A stretch of 64,000 nt of DNA, from assembly GCA_040285855.1 (NCBI GenBank), contig JAUFOQ010000006.1:1488001-1552000 (forward strand), read 5' to 3'. Source of the DNA: Eukaryota sp. GEM-RC1. Its lineage: Eukaryota. The notes below the pieces were generated by a model. That model saw only the letters and a list, made by a program, of their open reading frames with translations. It was not told the DNA's origin and ran no database searches. The translations under genes and the position numbers were made by a program. Positions 61,361 through 64,000 of this stretch are shown here, piece after piece (within the stretch, counting starts at the first letter, position 1; each line of letters starts with the position of its first letter).

Positions 61361-63386
61361 TCTCAGATTTTGAAAACAACAAGAAGAAAGGAAAACCTAG
61401 ACATTACTATCATAACCTTTTAAAGAAATATGTGTGTGTAGCGGTATATGTTAACAATTGACAAGCTCAATGTTCCAGTCATTTTTGTCAAAAAGAAATA
61501 ATTGAAATTCTGAATGGTGAAAAATTCCTTCCTCCATCGAATAGAATTACATAAAACTTCAAATATTTAAAATGGTACAAATGAAAGAAACTAACGAAAT
61601 CGCAAAATTTCTAAATATCTTCTTCTAATCAATCAGTCTGAGGGAAACAGGTCGTAATCAGTTAATATGGAGTTAAACTATTCCTGCCTATTACATATAG
61701 TGCTACAAATGAACTTCAGTAAGGATTCCAATAATTTTTAACTGAAGGTAACAGTTCAAATCGTTTAAAGAAACAGGCAAAGGCGATGAAGTTGTTAGTA
61801 TTGCCACGTCATCACGATGACACGTCATTATGAGGTTATTGGTAGACTCCCGTTTGGAGTGGATGCAGAATTGATTCTACTTGTCAGATGTGTTCAATCA
61901 CACGAGCTCTTTTTTTTCAGATTTGACTTTTTTTTTCAGAGTGGCGGAAGTCTGAAGTAGTCGGGCTGAGTTTGTCATTTTCCAAATCAAGATCAAATCA
62001 TTGATGTAGGAATGGTTCATCGTAACAGACGGAGGATTCTAGAAGAGGTCAGATCGTCACATCATCAGATGATGACGTGATGATAAAGAGACTATAACGG
62101 AAAAAGACGGGGATATGAGAGATTATTGATGAAGTGAACAGAAACTGATGTTAAGACTGTAGAGAGACAGAGATAGACAGATCGAATTGAGATGATCGAA
62201 TAGCCGTTCATTTCAGAAAGCAGCGAGGTCTGTTAGACTGAAAAAGGACTAGAGTAATGAAGATCTAAACAAGACATGTCACCGAGAAAATGAAGAACTA
62301 CTGAGTAAACGGGGACTGGCACTTATTGATGGAAAGCAGTAAGAGATTTTGAACGTGTGGTGGGAAGATTTGTCTATATAGGCTGTACCACGGAAAGAAC
62401 TTTGTTTTCGGACAACCAGGATGGAGTCTAGGTTTTACTCAGTTTTTGTCAGAAAGTTTCTGCATGGTTTCTGTCAACTTCAAATCTTTGTTTTGTACTG
62501 AAGACTCCTCAAACATTAGGATCTCAATACAAAACATGTGCATTGTATGTACAATAGGCCATTAACTACAAGTCTTAATCCGTGGAACAACTGAAAATTA
62601 CCTGAATGATCTCTGTTTTGGCAGTCTCTTTGAAATAACAATTGGTATTTCTAACACCGTTTCGGTAAGTTCTGGAAGGCTTAAGTAGTAGAACAGATCT
62701 GTTCTTTTGATTAATGTTAATTGATTATTTATGTGCGCTTCATTTTAAATACTAGTACCCAATTACTTTGATGTGTGGCATTTTATTTAATATATGATCC
62801 TGTGATTGACAAGTTTAATGTACTTGAATTGCCCGATGTCGGTTGAAATGAGTTGAAAACAATTTTATAGTTATTTAGAAAACCGAATGAACATTCAAAG
62901 ACGCCACGTTGACGGAATTGGTAGTGCAGACAAATGAATTAAAGACTGCAAAAACAAGAATTATAACATTTAAATATTTAAATTATGGATATCTGGAGTA
63001 AACAAGTTCATAAATTACTGTATAAATTGAAGTCTAATTTTGGGCAAACACAAATAATCTGGCCGTAGACATCTTTGAAAGAATAAAAATCAGGACCTGT
63101 AAGTCTGAACCAAATTTTAAAATATTCAAACAAACAATGATTACGACTATATGAAAACACATACATGGTCAAAAATGAATACTGACAATAGATATATATC
63201 TGCATCTATCCACAAGAAGCAAAACTCGTCTGATGTAAATCAATTGGAGAGAGTGTAATGTACAATCAAAAGTATATCAAATGTTTAACAATATTTAAAA
63301 AACAGAATCGGCAACAAAAGTATCGGGTGCCGCTTGTATTAACTGTAAATACAAGGTAAATCAAACTGATGATAAAATGTACATGG

Positions 63387-63977
63387 TCAAATATCTGAAT
63401 ACTTGTCTCTATAAGAGAACAGTGTAAACTTTTCAAACTTCTTGGAATTCAACTCTTCCAGGACTCCATCAATGTACTGTCTCCCACTGACAGATTCAGA
63501 AGAGGGAAAATTACAGCGAAGAGACAATCCATCGGGATTAAGAATATCAATAAACCTACAACTATCCAATTTTTTAAGTGGATCCTTCTGAGACGATCCA
63601 GAGGACATCGAAGGGGACAAGGAGGGGGTTAAGGAACTGTTTCCAGAAAGAATCAGCTTTAGATTGTAGAGACATAACCTCTGAGAAACAAAAGTGCCAG
63701 TGAAGAGGCTTAATAACTCAGTGACGATTGCAGCAAAAGTTGATTTTGGAATTTGCTTCTGATCAATAAAAACATGACGAAGGAAGGGTTCATAAAAATA
63801 GATGTCCTTGACAAAATTTGAATTTTCTTGGGAAATTCTAAAAAAACAGAAAATAAAAACACGTTTGATTGATAGGGAGAAGCGGTGTCTTAGACAAGCA
63901 TCCCTAACTAACTTAACAAACGTCCATGGTGAATAAGTTCGACTGCTTTGTTCATCAGATCTTATTGTACCAGTCAA
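63387..63977 (-). CDS. Hypothetical protein (partial)
   Basis: 196-aa ORF; no family recognised. Confidence 0.3.
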   Translation of the reverse strand: MTGTIRSDEQSSRTYSPWTFVKLVRDACLRHRFSLSIKRVFIFCFFRISQENSNFVKDIYFYEPFLRHVFIDQKQIPKSTFAAIVTELLSLFTGTFVSQRLCLYNLKLILSGNSSLTPSLSPSMSSGSSQKDPLKKLDSCRFIDILNPDGLSLRCNFPSSESVSGRQYIDGVLEELNSKKFEKFTLFSYRDKYSDI

Positions 63978-64000
63978 TAAATTAATAATTTTTACTGTGA

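Overview
AT-rich eukaryotic DNA with no obvious introns, probably from a protist (inferred). Frequent 1-bp homopolymer frameshifts look like long-read assembly errors. The first ~11.2 kb is a compact, virus/transposon-like block. It holds a minus-strand ORF missing from the ORF track (808 to the window start) with a canonical 2A/StopGo motif (GDVEQNPGP), a frameshifted USP/C19 peptidase, an intact PIF1-family helicase, several orphan ORFs and a 15-bp tandem array at its right edge. Host-type genes follow: a GSK3-like kinase, two inverted ~5.4-kb TmcB-like membrane-protein paralogs, ALG9, a MIF4G protein, LRR proteins, a Frag1/DRAM protein, RCE1 and a kelch-repeat Ser/Thr phosphatase. Intergenic DNA is rich in mobile elements: four non-autonomous hAT elements with 8-bp TSDs, a pogo element carrying one of these hATs, TA-flanked MITEs, MULE fragments, CRE-like non-LTR retrotransposon fragments and a decayed Fanzor/TnpB-type RuvC nuclease gene at ~53.8-55.2 kb. 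All family assignments come from motif recognition only; no database search was run.
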